Origin: an uncultured Acidobacteriota bacterium
GTDB lineage: Bacteria > Acidobacteriota > Blastocatellia > Pyrinomonadales > Pyrinomonadaceae
Direction: 5' to 3'
Length of the DNA: 64,000 nt
Assembly: GCA_963811065.1 (NCBI GenBank)
Contig: CAWEPR010000016.1
Span: 19,816-83,815, forward strand
Shown here: one piece after another, positions 51,678-62,050 of the stretch
Layout of the letters: every line of letters starts with the position of its first letter
How positions within the stretch are numbered: position 1 is the first letter of the stretch
Program-made: the position numbers and the translations under genes
The notes under the pieces: generated by a model
What the model was told of the DNA's origin: nothing
What the model saw: the letters and a program-made list of their open reading frames with translations, nothing else
The model's database searches: none

Positions 51678-51850
51678 ATCATACGCGGCACGATCCCGAA
51701 GTTCCCCCAAAGATGGTGGTGAGACGGATCAGATTGAAAGGCGAGGCAAGCGAAGGTCAAGAAAGACCATTTTAGCCCAGCCAGTTTGAATTTAATCGGT
51801 CGTACATGCCTCTAGCGACCGACAGCCCGGAACGGGCGAGAAGGAGAGAA

Positions 51851-52333
51851 ATGAAAAAGCAGGCCCTGAAAGCCGTCACCATGTTGGTTTCAATCATTGC
51901 CCTCGCATTTGTCACAGCCGTTGCGTCCAGCGCGCAGTCGCGTGGCAACAAGCTCAAAGCCGACATCCCGTTTGATTTCGTCGTCGGCAGCCGAACGCTC
52001 GCGGCAGGTGAATACGTCGTCGGCCAGATCACGACCAACTCAGCCGATGCGATTCTGGTTCGCAGCAGCAACAGCGACCATCGGGCGATTCGCATATCGA
52101 ACGCTGTTTCTGCCAGCGCCCCGAAGCGGAAAACAACGCTGACCTTCCTGCGCTATGGCAACACCTATTACCTCTCGCAGGTCTGGATAGCAGGCTCAGC
52201 CGAAGGACGCGAACTGCTCAAGTCGAAATCCGAGCGCTCGGCGGCGCGCGAACTGGCGAAGAATTTGTCAGAAGGCAATCCGGCACAAAACGCCAGAGCC
52301 GAGATCGTGACGGTCATCGCTGAAGTTGAATAA
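51851..52333 (+). CDS. Small secreted protein, unknown function
   Basis: The ATG at 51851 lies directly after AAGGAGAGAA. Signal peptide MKKQALKAVTMLVSIIALAFVTAVASSAQS. Contains the motif ADIPFDFVVGSRTLAAGEYVV. Confidence 0.55.
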   Translation: MKKQALKAVTMLVSIIALAFVTAVASSAQSRGNKLKADIPFDFVVGSRTLAAGEYVVGQITTNSADAILVRSSNSDHRAIRISNAVSASAPKRKTTLTFLRYGNTYYLSQVWIAGSAEGRELLKSKSERSAARELAKNLSEGNPAQNARAEIVTVIAEVE

Positions 52334-52395
52334 ACTCGACTGCCCGAGACAGCAACGAGCCGAATAAAACGAGTTCCCTCTGTGACCAGTAGAGA

Positions 52396-52444
52396 AAAAC
52401 CGAACCGGCAACCCAAACGTCCCCCGGGTTGCCGGTTCGGTTTT
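52396..52444 (+). terminator. Intrinsic terminator
   Basis: AAAACCGAACCGGCAACCC (52396-52414) pairs with GGGTTGCCGGTTCGGTTTT (52426-52444) and is followed by a T-rich run. Confidence 0.75.
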
Positions 52445-52472
52445 CGTTTACCTTTACGAAGAGATAGACCGA

Positions 52473-52573
52473 GATTAACAGGATGGACAGGATGAAAAGA
52501 AGAAGCGTTAATCTCCCTTGACCCGTCTGGTTTTCTTAATCTTGCTAAGCCTGTTAATCCTGTCTCATTCCTC
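52473..52573. repeat. Palindromic element with ~9-nt periodic arms (ACAGGAT type)
   Basis: GATTAACAGGATGGACAGGATGAA opposite CCTGTTAATCCTGTCTCATTCCTC. Confidence 0.7.
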
Positions 52574-52584
52574 CGTCGCTCGCT

Positions 52585-53490
52585 TTAGTTCAGCGTCTCG
52601 CTCTTCATCCACGCCGTCCACCACAAAGCGCGCAGCATCTCTGCTCCGGCGACGAGCCGGTCAATGGCGAATTGCTTGTTCTCAGGCGCGGTCGTCGTCT
52701 TGTCGAACTTCGCCTGCTTGTCCAGTTGATAGAGGCGTTCGACCAGGCTGTTGCTGTTTTTAAAGTAAGCGATAATCTCGGCGCGCGGATTCTCGATGAC
52801 GCGCGGCTGTGAAGTGATTAGAGGCAAAAGATCAGTGATGACAATGTGCGACCCGACATACTCGCTCTCGAAGCGCCCGTGAAAAGTGTTGTCTGTAGTG
52901 TAGCCGTTCGGGTTCGGGGTGTTCTTATCCCAGCCGTTGTAATGAATGGTTGCGTGGTGCGGGTTTGCCCCGTCGCTCACGTAGTGGCCGAGCACGCCCG
53001 CGTCGTTGATGATTCGCTGCTCGATCCACTTACGCGTCTTCTTATCTTTGGCGTTTCTCCACAAATTAAATTCCGTCCGCAATCGCTGGTAGAGTTCCAG
53101 CATGCGGAAATGGGCGAGTCCGGCCTTTTCAGGTTCTTTCACTCCGGCCTGATAGAGTGCGACGAGGTAGGCGAAGCGGTCTTCGGCTTCGAGCGCAGGG
53201 GGCGGGACCATTTCGAGATCGAGAAAGTGGTCGTAGGCAAACGCCTCGTTCATCTCAATCATAACTCTGGAGCGCCAGCGGTCAGGCTCTGGATTCAGGT
53301 ATTCGAGCTGGTCTACAGATTTGCGGAAAAACTCCGGCAGCTCTTTCGGCAGCCTCGTCGCGGCTGCGCGTCCCGCCAGCTTGTGCCCGTGCTCGCCCCA
53401 CGCAAGAGTTTTTTGTGGCTGAATCAGGAAGATGGACACAAGCAATAGAGCAATAACTGCTGCGACGGAAACTCTTATTCTTTTGTTCAT
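52585..53490 (-). CDS. S1/P1 nuclease / zinc phospholipase C-like family protein
   Basis: A signal peptide is followed by WGEHGH at the predicted mature N-terminus. A later HYVSDGANPHH fits the HxxxDxxxPxH pattern. Confidence 0.55.
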   Translation of the reverse strand: MNKRIRVSVAAVIALLLVSIFLIQPQKTLAWGEHGHKLAGRAAATRLPKELPEFFRKSVDQLEYLNPEPDRWRSRVMIEMNEAFAYDHFLDLEMVPPPALEAEDRFAYLVALYQAGVKEPEKAGLAHFRMLELYQRLRTEFNLWRNAKDKKTRKWIEQRIINDAGVLGHYVSDGANPHHATIHYNGWDKNTPNPNGYTTDNTFHGRFESEYVGSHIVITDLLPLITSQPRVIENPRAEIIAYFKNSNSLVERLYQLDKQAKFDKTTTAPENKQFAIDRLVAGAEMLRALWWTAWMKSETLN

Positions 53491-53529
53491 AAATTGTTCT
53501 CCGTGAGTCGCGTCAACCGAACAGCCGCA

Positions 53530-55182
53530 TTATTGGGTGTAAACTTCAACCGCGATTACTTCCTGCACCAGGCCTTCGTAAACTTTCCTGAAACGGGCAC
53601 GCACCTCTTTCATCTTCTCCTGATTTTCAAAATAGGTGCGCCCGCGCTGCAAAATGACGTAAGTCGGTGCGGGAGCTTCCGCGAGCTTGAACGCGGCATC
53701 CGAAAGCACGCGCGATTGGATATCGGTGCGTCCGAGCTTTTCCAGATAGTATCCCACCACGCCCGGCGTCTCATGCGCGACGGTCGCCCCCTGCGGCGCA
53801 GTCTTGCAGACAAACTCTATCGCCTCGCGCAGACCGTCGTCGTAAAATTCGTCGTGCGGAAAGAAGTAGCCGACGCGCCCGCCGCCGAGCGCATTTGTGT
53901 ACGCGGCATAATGCGGGCGATTAGCGTAAGCCGTCCATGCAGGCCACGCGATGAAGACGATCAGCGCCAGCGCACTGACAAAGCGCAGCGCACGTTCCGC
54001 GCTCAAAACTTTCAATTGAGATGCGACGAAGCGGACAAGCGCGACGATGCCGACCGCCGCGATCATATAGATGAACGGCATCAGAGAGAGCGTGTAGCGC
54101 AGCCACTTTGCGCCGATCAGCGAGTAAGGCACAATCCAGAGCAGAAACATCAGGAGCAGGAACGCGTGCCCCGGCTGCCGCCAGCGCCTGACGCACTCGA
54201 CCATGCCGACCAGAAAAGCAACCAGCACCGGCAGCGGCACTTTAATCAACAGAAACAGCGCATAGAAATAGAAGGGCGTCCCCCCAAACGGCGTACTCGC
54301 CATCGTGTTCTTGTAAAGCTCGTCGCCCATCAGGTAACCCGTGTGCGACAGCAGTTGCCCGCTCGTGTAAGCGTCCAGGTAGGCCCAGGTCTGCGGGAGC
54401 AGCACCGCCGGGTTCGCAATCAGAAAGGCAGCCCCGGCGATCAGGTAGAAGTACAGGGGAGTTTTGCCCGCAGGCTCATTCGGCTCTTTCTTCCGCACAC
54501 GAAAATAGTGGTGGTAGAGCATGTTGAGGCCGAAGTAGTGCGGGAAATATTTTGAGGCCAGCATCAGCCCCCAGGACGCGCCGCTCAGGATGTAGTTGCG
54601 CCGCTTGGTTTTCACCTCGCGGGGGCTTGCCTGCTTGGCGCGAAGATAAAAGTAGAAACCAAAGAGCATGAAGAAGACGAGCAGGGTGTCTTCCTTGGCG
54701 ATGCGATTGTAGGTGATGGCGTTGATGCCGAAGGCCCAGAGCGCGGAGGCTAAGAGTCCTGTCCAGCGGTCGAAGAAAGCTGCCGCCAGGAGAAAGAGCG
54801 GGATTGCTGTCAGCGCGCCGAAGAGGATGTTGGGAAACCTGAGCGCCGTCTCGTCGCTGATCTGGTTTGAAGAGCGCGCGTTCCATGCGTGCTGCGCCTT
54901 AACGGAGACGAACATCATCGCCTTCATCAACATCGGATGCTCGGCGTTCGGGCGGATGTCGCCCTGCTCATAGGCGCGTATGGCGTTCAGCTTGTTGATC
55001 TCGTCTTCGGCAAACCCGAGTGTGCTCACATTGCTCAAGCGCAAGCCAAGCCCCAGCAGAACAAGCGCGACCAGCACCAGAATCACGCCCCGCGCACGCG
55101 CGAGCGCCTCGCGGCGCGGCACGATTTGAGGAGAAGCAATCGCCTCTCTCCCGACCGAATCTAGTTCAACAGAGCTCGACAA
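53530..55182 (-). CDS. Polyprenyl-phosphate-dependent glycosyltransferase (GT39/GT83, ArnT/PMT-like)
   Basis: 550 aa and multi-TM. The first loop FAEDEINKLNAIRAYEQGDIRPNAEHPMLMK resembles the PMT_2/ArnT acidic loop. Confidence 0.6.
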   Translation of the reverse strand: MSSSVELDSVGREAIASPQIVPRREALARARGVILVLVALVLLGLGLRLSNVSTLGFAEDEINKLNAIRAYEQGDIRPNAEHPMLMKAMMFVSVKAQHAWNARSSNQISDETALRFPNILFGALTAIPLFLLAAAFFDRWTGLLASALWAFGINAITYNRIAKEDTLLVFFMLFGFYFYLRAKQASPREVKTKRRNYILSGASWGLMLASKYFPHYFGLNMLYHHYFRVRKKEPNEPAGKTPLYFYLIAGAAFLIANPAVLLPQTWAYLDAYTSGQLLSHTGYLMGDELYKNTMASTPFGGTPFYFYALFLLIKVPLPVLVAFLVGMVECVRRWRQPGHAFLLLMFLLWIVPYSLIGAKWLRYTLSLMPFIYMIAAVGIVALVRFVASQLKVLSAERALRFVSALALIVFIAWPAWTAYANRPHYAAYTNALGGGRVGYFFPHDEFYDDGLREAIEFVCKTAPQGATVAHETPGVVGYYLEKLGRTDIQSRVLSDAAFKLAEAPAPTYVILQRGRTYFENQEKMKEVRARFRKVYEGLVQEVIAVEVYTQ

Positions 55183-55227
55183 AAATCCCCTTGCTCCTGT
55201 GTCTGACCTTCTTAAGAAACCTGGATT

Positions 55228-56322
55228 CTAACCCGGCTCGCTCGCGTGCGAGACAGGCGCTCCCAACTCTTCCGCCATCGCTTCCTGAGTTTCCTCTGCG
55301 ACCGCCTGTGTTGACAACCCCCGCCGGACGAGGAAGGCTACGCCGAGCGCCGTCCAGCAGATGACGCGAGCTTTGCGAATGATGGCGAGCGTCGTCCCCG
55401 TAGCAACACCGAACTTGAGAACCTTTGTCACCCAGCCTGAGCCAGCTTCGTCAACGCCCGCGCGCAACGGCACGAACTTGAAAACTACGTTGATGATGCG
55501 ATTGACGGATTCGAGCACGTAGGCCGTCATGAACGTCACTTGCCCATCAGTGATGAAAGAAAGCGTGACGAAGACTTCCAGCACGCCCGCCAGGTGGAAG
55601 CAGATTTCCAGCACCATGATGAGCGCGCAACGTGCCTTGTTGCGCGAGTAGAAATTATAGATCGTGTCTTCAACCGCGCTCGTGTTCTCTCGCTGCTTCT
55701 CTTTAAGGAAACGCTTCCCGAAGCGATTCTTTCTCAGCTTCTCAAATGCGGCTGAGATAAACCTCCATTTGAGGCGATAGACGATGAAGCCGAACAGGAT
55801 AATCGCGCAGACGACGCCAAGCGAAATCAAGGCCATCAGGCGAAGCCCCGGCGTCAAAGGAAAGATCAGGAGCAATGACACGATGCCCGATAAGATGAAG
55901 AGCGCGACCGATAGACTGTAGAACAGATTCTGAACGGCGAGGGCCGAGACGGCGACGAGCAGCGGCACGCGGTCGCGCACCAGCGCCGCTTTGGTCGGCT
56001 CGCTGGCGACAAGCCCGAGCGGCGTCAGATTCCCCATCGCATCGCCGACGACATAGGCACGAAACGCGTCGCGGAAACGCAGACGATGCTCGCCCGTAAA
56101 ACAGAGCGTCCAGCCAAGCGTGCGAACGATGTACCTGATGCTCGAAATCAGCAACACGAGCAGAAAGCCCGCGCCGAGCTTCTTAATGCCGGCAGTGATT
56201 TCGCCTGCTCCAGCTTTCCACACAAAGTAGGCGAAGAGCAGGAGGCCGCCGAGGGCAAAGATGATTCCGAGTGGCTTTAATCCTTTGGAAGGATTCGGTG
56301 TGGTGTTGCTTTGATTCATCAA
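55228..56322 (-). CDS. Flippase-like (UPF0104 / lysyl-PG synthase TM region-like) membrane protein
   Basis: 364 aa with about 8 TM segments, directly downstream of the GT39-like gene. Called on topology and context only. Confidence 0.45.
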   Translation of the reverse strand: MMNQSNTTPNPSKGLKPLGIIFALGGLLLFAYFVWKAGAGEITAGIKKLGAGFLLVLLISSIRYIVRTLGWTLCFTGEHRLRFRDAFRAYVVGDAMGNLTPLGLVASEPTKAALVRDRVPLLVAVSALAVQNLFYSLSVALFILSGIVSLLLIFPLTPGLRLMALISLGVVCAIILFGFIVYRLKWRFISAAFEKLRKNRFGKRFLKEKQRENTSAVEDTIYNFYSRNKARCALIMVLEICFHLAGVLEVFVTLSFITDGQVTFMTAYVLESVNRIINVVFKFVPLRAGVDEAGSGWVTKVLKFGVATGTTLAIIRKARVICWTALGVAFLVRRGLSTQAVAEETQEAMAEELGAPVSHASEPG

Positions 56323-56526
56323 TACGTCTGTAGAACGAGTGGCTATCCGATTCTGGTCTTACCTTCAAGGGAAGGCGAACTCAGCAAGATACGGTATCAG
56401 GCCGTCAAGCTCAACCCGGCAAGAGGCGTGCCTGTGAAGACTGCCCCACTATAACTGAGCAATTAGTGAGAATAGAGCTTTCCCCGGAGCAGCATTCATC
56501 CGACAAAAGACATCTGGATTTACTCC

Positions 56527-56677
56527 CAGTAAAAAGGCAAAAGGTAAAAGTGAGGCGGAGAACCATTGTTAATTAAATGAAGCCAGTGCATCAATCTGCC
56601 GCTACGCGGCGGCTACGCACACTCTTCAATTAAATATGATTCAGCCTTCCTCTTGCCTTTTACCTTTTTACTTTTGC
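56527..56677. repeat. Heptad-periodic palindromic element, GTAAAAG/GCAAAAG family, with a long structured loop
   Basis: CAGTAAAAAGGCAAAAGGTAAAAGTGAGG opposite CCTTCCTCTTGCCTTTTACCTTTTTACTTTTGC. The ~85-nt loop contains its own inverted repeats (TTAATTAAAT motifs). Confidence 0.85.
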
Positions 56678-56773
56678 TTTGCTTCTTGCCTTCCACAGGT
56701 TGACCGGAGGCGCAGGTCTGAGCGATGCTACAGGGTCAACCAAATCCAGAAATTTTAGACGAGTAAGACTGAA

Positions 56774-57949
56774 ATGAGCCAGACGATTGAGCCGCAAAGT
56801 TTGCACCCGCTGACGACGCTTTCCGAGGACGAAGAGATGTTCCGACAAAGCGTGAGCGAGTTTGCGATGGGCGAACTAAAGCCCCGCGTCGAAGAGATGG
56901 ACGAGCAGGGAAAACTCGACCCCGCGCTCGTCAAGCAATGCTTCGATCTGGGCTTGATGGGTATTGAAACGCCCGAAGAGTATGGCGGCGCGGGCGCTTC
57001 GTTTTTCACGGCGATTATCGGCGTCGAAGAACTCTCGCGCGTTGACGCCTCGGTCGGCGTCTTCGTTGATGTGCAGAACACGCTCGTCAATAACGCCTTG
57101 ATTCGCTGGGGCAATCCTGAGCAGAAGAAAAAGTATCTGACGCAACTGGCGAGCGAGAAGGTGGGTGCTTACGCCCTGAGCGAAGCGGGCTCAGGCTCTG
57201 ACGCTTTCGCTCTCTCTACGCGCGCCGTCGAGCAGAATGACCATTACCTCCTGAATGGCCGCAAGCTCTGGATTACAAACGGCAACGAAGCTGAAATCTT
57301 CATCGTCTTCGCCAACGCCAACCCGGAGGCAGGCTACCGCGGCATCACTGCCTTTATCGTCGAGAAAAGCTTCGAGGGCTTCGCGGTCGGCAAGAAAGAG
57401 AACAAACTCGGCATCCGCGCTTCTTCGACGACCGAGATTATTCTGGAAGATTGCCGCGTGCCGAAAGAGAACGTGCTCGGAGAAGTCGGCAAAGGCTATA
57501 AAGTTTCCATCGAGACTCTGAACGAAGGGCGCATCGGCATCGGCGCGCAGATGATAGGGATTGCGCGTGGAGCTTTAGATGCTGCCCTACGTTACACCAC
57601 AGAGCGTGAACAGTTCGGCAAGGCTATCAACGAATTTCAGGGCGTGCAGTTCCAGCTTGCGGAGATGGCGACCGAGCTTGAAGCCGCGCGCCTGATGGTC
57701 TATAACGCGGCACGTCTGAAAGATGCCAGAAAGCCTTTCGTCAAAGAAGCGGCGATGGCCAAGCTCTATTCTTCGCGCGCGGCGGAACGCATCAGTTCAA
57801 AGGCGATTGAGCTTTACGGCGGCTACGGCTTCGTCAAAGACTACCCGGTCGAGAAATTCTGGCGCGACTCCAAGATCGGCGCAATCTACGAAGGCACGTC
57901 CAACATGCAGTTGCAGACAATTGCAAAGATTATTATCGGGGGGAAATAG
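56774..57949 (+). CDS. Acyl-CoA dehydrogenase (short/branched-chain type)
   Basis: YALSEAGSGSDA, KLWITNG, IYEGTSNMQ and QTIAK motifs. Confidence 0.9.
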   Translation: MSQTIEPQSLHPLTTLSEDEEMFRQSVSEFAMGELKPRVEEMDEQGKLDPALVKQCFDLGLMGIETPEEYGGAGASFFTAIIGVEELSRVDASVGVFVDVQNTLVNNALIRWGNPEQKKKYLTQLASEKVGAYALSEAGSGSDAFALSTRAVEQNDHYLLNGRKLWITNGNEAEIFIVFANANPEAGYRGITAFIVEKSFEGFAVGKKENKLGIRASSTTEIILEDCRVPKENVLGEVGKGYKVSIETLNEGRIGIGAQMIGIARGALDAALRYTTEREQFGKAINEFQGVQFQLAEMATELEAARLMVYNAARLKDARKPFVKEAAMAKLYSSRAAERISSKAIELYGGYGFVKDYPVEKFWRDSKIGAIYEGTSNMQLQTIAKIIIGGK

Positions 57950-58006
57950 TGATAAGTGATAGGTGACAAGAGAAAGCAGTTTCCTATCACCCATCACTTA
58001 TCACTT
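57948..58006. repeat. Heptad-periodic palindromic element, AGTGATA family
   Basis: AGTGATA AGTGATA GGTGACA AG opposite CCTATCACCCATCACTTATCACTT. Confidence 0.9.
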
Positions 58007-58013
58007 GTTTATC

Positions 58014-58334
58014 ATGGCTACATCGCGCATCGAGACGTTCAAGCAGATGTTGGAGTCAGACCCGGAAAATACGCTGGTGCGTTTCGGGCTGGCCAACGAA
58101 TATTTAAAGGCGGAGCAGTACGAAGAGGCCATCACCGCGCTCAATGATTACCTGCAACGCGCGGACGATGAGGGCGCGGCCTTCGGGATGCTGGCGCGGG
58201 CCTTTGAAAAGGTGGGCAGGCGTGAGGAAGCGCGCGAGGCTTATCAGCGCGGAATCGAAGCGGCTGAACTGCACGGGCATCCTTCGATGGCGGAAGAGTA
58301 CCGCATGACGCTTGAAGCGGATTACGCAGAATGA
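58014..58334 (+). CDS. Small TPR-like protein
   Basis: The ATG at 58014 lies after the palindromic repeat. Helical repeat sequence LANEYLKAEQYEEAITALNDYL...ARAFEKVGRREEAREAYQRGI. Confidence 0.5.
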   Translation: MATSRIETFKQMLESDPENTLVRFGLANEYLKAEQYEEAITALNDYLQRADDEGAAFGMLARAFEKVGRREEAREAYQRGIEAAELHGHPSMAEEYRMTLEADYAE

Positions 58335-58349
58335 GAATCGGTGATTGAA

Positions 58350-60521
58350 ATGAATACCGACACTAAAATATTAAAACTCGTCAGGAGAACAGAGACGATG
58401 GGAAGCGCAGCCACGACCGAGGCGCACGAGCACAGAGAACTCGACCGCGAGCAGATGATCTCGATGTATCGCACGATGTATCTGTCCCGGCGCATTGACG
58501 ACAAAGAGATTCAGCTCAAGGGACAGAATAAAATCTTCTTTCAAATCAGCGGCGCAGGCCACGAAGCCATTCTAGTTGCGGCAGGCATGGCGATGAAGCC
58601 CGGCTACGATTGGTTCTATCCTTATTACCGCGACCGCGCTCTCTGCCTGCAACTCGGCATGACACCGCTCGAACAGCTTCTCTCGGCGGTCGGCGCGGCT
58701 GCCGACCCAAACTCGCACGGTCGCCAGATGCCTTCACACTGGGGACATAAACAACTCAACATCGTCTCGCAATCTTCGCCGACGGGCACGCAGTTCCTGC
58801 AAGCGGTCGGATGTGCCGAAGCGAGTTATCGCGCATCGTTGCTCGACGAAATCAAAGATAAGGTGACGGGCTTCAAGGGCGACGAAGTTGTCTACTGTTC
58901 TTCGGGCGACGGCACGACGAGCGAGGGTGAATTCTGGGAGGCGCTCAACACGGCCTGCAATCTGAAACTGCCCGTCGTCTTTTTAATCGAAGATAACGGC
59001 TACGCGATCTCAGTCCCCGTCGAAGTGCAGACGGCGGGTGGCGATGTCTCAAAACTCATCGAAGGATTTCCGAACCTCTACATCCAGCGATGCGACGGCA
59101 CAGACCCGATTGAGTCTCTCGAAACGATGCAGCGCGCCGTCGAATATTGCCGCGAGCGGCAGGGCGCGGCGCTCGTTCATGCGAAGGTCATCCGTCCCTA
59201 TTCGCACTCGCTCTCCGACGATGAAAAGCTCTATCGCCCGGATGAAGAGCGGACTTCGGATGCCGAGCGCGACCCCATCAAACGCTTCGGCGCGTTATTG
59301 GTCGAAGACGGAATTGTCACACAGGATGAGTTGCAGCGGATTAAAGACGAGATTGACAGGGAAGTGACGGAAGCGGCTGACCAGGCGCTCGGTAGCCCGC
59401 AGCCAGCGCCTGAAACGGTCATGCAGTTTGTCTATTCGCCGGACGTTGACCCGACCTCTAAAGAATTTGACACGGAAGAGGGCACGGAACTTTCAGGTAA
59501 TGCAGGCACGATGGTTGATCTCATCAATCGCTGTCTGCATGAAGAGCTGGCGCGCGATTCGCGCATCCTCGTTTTCGGTGAAGACGTGGCCGACTGCTCG
59601 CGCGAGGAGAATCTGGAGAAGGTGAAAGGCAAGGGCGGCGTCTTCAAAGTGACGGCTAACTTGCAACGAAAGTTCGGCGCGGCGCGCGTCTTCAATTCTC
59701 CGCTGGCGGAAGCCAACATCGTCGGTCGCGCTATCGGAATGGCGACCAGGGGGTTGAAGCCTGTCGTCGAGATACAGTTCTTCGATTACATCTGGCCTGC
59801 CTTTCATCAGATTCGTAACGAACTGGCGTTGATGCGCTGGCGTTCGGGAAACGAGTTCAAGTGTCCTGTGGTGATGCGCGTGCCCGTCGGCGGTTATTTG
59901 AAAGGCGGCGCGGTCTATCATTCGCAATCCGGCTCAACCATCTTCACGAGCACACCGGGCTTGCGCGTCGTTTATCCATCGAACGCGCTGGATGCAAACG
60001 GACTGCTGCGCACAGCCATTCGCTGTGATGACCCGGTGCTCTTTCTCGAACACAAGCATCTCTATCGGCAGGCGTACAATAAATCGCAATATCCCCCGGA
60101 TGGCTTTCTCATCCCGTTCGGCAAGGCTAAAACGGTACGCGAAGGCACGGACATCTCCATCATCACCTTTGGCGCGCTCGTCCAGCGTTCCGTCGTCGCC
60201 GCCAAGCAAGCCGAGCAGCAGGGCACGAGCGTCGAAGTGATAGACCTGCGCACGCTCGCGCCTTACGATTGGGAGGCCATCACTCGTTCGGTGAAAAAGA
60301 CCAGCCGGGTGATCGTCGCGCATGAAGATTCGCGCTCGTTCGGCTATGGCGCGGAGATCGCCGCGCGCATCTCGGACGAGTTGTTTGAATATCTGGACGC
60401 GCCCGTTCGCCGTGTGGCCGCGCTCGATACCTTCGTGGCCTATGCACCGCAGTTGGAAGATGTCATTCTGCCGCAGGTGGAAGACGTGGCGAAAGCGATT
60501 ACAGAGTTGAGTCGCTATTAG
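58350..60521 (+). CDS. Fused alpha/beta E1 component of a 2-oxoacid (branched-chain-type) dehydrogenase, TPP-dependent
   Basis: The N-terminal half is E1-alpha-like ([29 protein letters not shown]). The C-terminal half is E1-beta-like (VFGEDV...[18 protein letters not shown]). The start is ambiguous between GTG 58341 and ATG 58350. Confidence 0.8.
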   Translation: MNTDTKILKLVRRTETMGSAATTEAHEHRELDREQMISMYRTMYLSRRIDDKEIQLKGQNKIFFQISGAGHEAILVAAGMAMKPGYDWFYPYYRDRALCLQLGMTPLEQLLSAVGAAADPNSHGRQMPSHWGHKQLNIVSQSSPTGTQFLQAVGCAEASYRASLLDEIKDKVTGFKGDEVVYCSSGDGTTSEGEFWEALNTACNLKLPVVFLIEDNGYAISVPVEVQTAGGDVSKLIEGFPNLYIQRCDGTDPIESLETMQRAVEYCRERQGAALVHAKVIRPYSHSLSDDEKLYRPDEERTSDAERDPIKRFGALLVEDGIVTQDELQRIKDEIDREVTEAADQALGSPQPAPETVMQFVYSPDVDPTSKEFDTEEGTELSGNAGTMVDLINRCLHEELARDSRILVFGEDVADCSREENLEKVKGKGGVFKVTANLQRKFGAARVFNSPLAEANIVGRAIGMATRGLKPVVEIQFFDYIWPAFHQIRNELALMRWRSGNEFKCPVVMRVPVGGYLKGGAVYHSQSGSTIFTSTPGLRVVYPSNALDANGLLRTAIRCDDPVLFLEHKHLYRQAYNKSQYPPDGFLIPFGKAKTVREGTDISIITFGALVQRSVVAAKQAEQQGTSVEVIDLRTLAPYDWEAITRSVKKTSRVIVAHEDSRSFGYGAEIAARISDELFEYLDAPVRRVAALDTFVAYAPQLEDVILPQVEDVAKAITELSRY

Positions 60522-60633
60522 GTAGGACAGACATTCCTGTCTGTCATTGAGCGCGAAGAGCGCGAATATTGTTTAGCAATCTTGATGAGCGTGGCTAGAG
60601 CCACGCTTCGACAGGCAGGAATGCCTGTCCTAC
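60522..60633. repeat. Cluster of three hairpins; the outer two are inverted copies of a GACAGGCAGGAATGCCTGTCCTAC-type unit
   Basis: GTAGGACAGACATTCCTGTCTGTC (60522-60545) and GACAGGCAGGAATGCCTGTCCTAC (60610-60633) are each self-complementary and are mutually inverted. A third hairpin, AGCGTGGCT AGA GCCACGCT, lies at 60588-60608. Confidence 0.85.
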
Positions 60634-60801
60634 AAGAAATTCTTGATTTTTCCGCCCGCCGATGTGTTATATTTCAATTGCCGGTGAAGCCCACTGCTCA
60701 CCGGGTCGAACCTGAGCCGATTCCTCAAACATCCAAAAGGCTCTTAGCTCATTACAATCCTCCTCGCCTCGGCAGACTTTTTAACTGCAAAGGACGAAGC
60801 T

Positions 60802-61947
60802 ATGTTGAAACGCAAGCTCCCTCTATGGCTGGCGCTCGCTCTGCTCCCGACGTTTCTAACGACAGCGCAAGCTCAGGAAACTCTCCCCGAACTAATCCGC
60901 CGCGTCAAACCTGCGGTCGTCGCCGTCATCACCTACGACGACAAAAACGAGATGCAGATGACGGGCAGCGGATTTTTCATTCGCCCCGGACAGGTGCTGA
61001 CGAATCTGCATGTCGTTGACGGAGCGCATCACGCCGAAGTCAGAACATTCGACGGCAAGGGAAAGACTTATGCGGTGGGTGGAATTGTCAGCCTCGATGA
61101 TGAAGCCGACCTCGCCGTCCTGAGTATCAGCCTGCCCGCTGACCGCGTGCGCACGCTTGAGATTGCAAGCTCCTTACCGGAAGAGGGCGAACAAATTTTC
61201 GTCATCGGCAACCCGCTCAGGCTGGAAGGCTCTGTCTCCGACGGGATCGTCTCGGCTGTGCGCGAAGTGCCGAACCTGGGCGAGATAGTTCAGATTACCG
61301 CACCCATCTCGCACGGCAATTCGGGCAGCCCGCTCTTCAACATGAAAGGTCAGGTTCTTGGCGTCATCACGATGAAAGTGACCAACGGGCAGAACATCAA
61401 CCTCGCGCTCGGCTCGTCGCGCCTGAGACAACTCCACCCCGGAAACCTGTTGACGTTCGACGACCTCGCGGCGAGAAACAAGAAGGGCGCGTCAACTGAG
61501 ATGCTGGCCGAATGGTGGTATCGCAACGGCTTGAACTCGCTCTGGCTGGGCAACTACGATAGCGCTTTGGGCTACTTTGAGAATGCGGTCAACAAGAATC
61601 CGAACCGCGCCGAAGCGTGGATTCAGGTCGGCTACTGCAAGGTCAAACAGGGCAAGAACGGGGATGCCGTCAAAGCGTTTCAACGCGCCATCCAGCTTCG
61701 CCCAAACTCGTTTGAGGCATACAACAAGCTCGGCGACGCTTACTACTACGCCAGCCGTTTCGACGAAGCCATCGAAGCATACAAGCAGGCCGCGCGTCTC
61801 CGTCCTGACATGGCCGAAGCCTACTACAATCTCGGCATGGCCTATCTCGAAATAGGCGACCGCGCCTCAGCCATCATCCAACTTCGCCAACTCCAATCAT
61901 TGGACGCGAAACTCTACGCGAAACTGCTCAGCGAAACGCAAAGGTAA
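60802..61947 (+). CDS. Secreted trypsin-like serine protease (S1C-like) fused to TPR repeats
   Basis: Signal peptide. TNLHVV (His), DLAVL (Asp) and GNSGSPLF (Ser) motifs, then TPR repeats (AEAWIQVGYC, FEAYNKLGDAYY, AEAYYNLGMAYL). Confidence 0.8.
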   Translation: MLKRKLPLWLALALLPTFLTTAQAQETLPELIRRVKPAVVAVITYDDKNEMQMTGSGFFIRPGQVLTNLHVVDGAHHAEVRTFDGKGKTYAVGGIVSLDDEADLAVLSISLPADRVRTLEIASSLPEEGEQIFVIGNPLRLEGSVSDGIVSAVREVPNLGEIVQITAPISHGNSGSPLFNMKGQVLGVITMKVTNGQNINLALGSSRLRQLHPGNLLTFDDLAARNKKGASTEMLAEWWYRNGLNSLWLGNYDSALGYFENAVNKNPNRAEAWIQVGYCKVKQGKNGDAVKAFQRAIQLRPNSFEAYNKLGDAYYYASRFDEAIEAYKQAARLRPDMAEAYYNLGMAYLEIGDRASAIIQLRQLQSLDAKLYAKLLSETQR

Positions 61948-62040
61948 TGCAAAATTAAAAATTAAAAATGCAAAAGGAAGGCGGAAGCCATTTTTCTTAA
62001 ATTGGCTTCCGCCTTCCTTTTGCATTTTTAATTTTGCATT
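61946..62040. repeat. Heptad-periodic palindromic element, AATGCAA/AATTAAA family, with a ~45-bp stem
   Basis: AATGCAAAATTAAAAATTAAAAATGCAAAAGGAAGGCGGAAGCCA opposite TGGCTTCCGCCTTCCTTTTGCATTTTTAATTTTGCATT, between convergent genes. Confidence 0.9.
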
Positions 62041-62050
62041 TTACCTTGTC

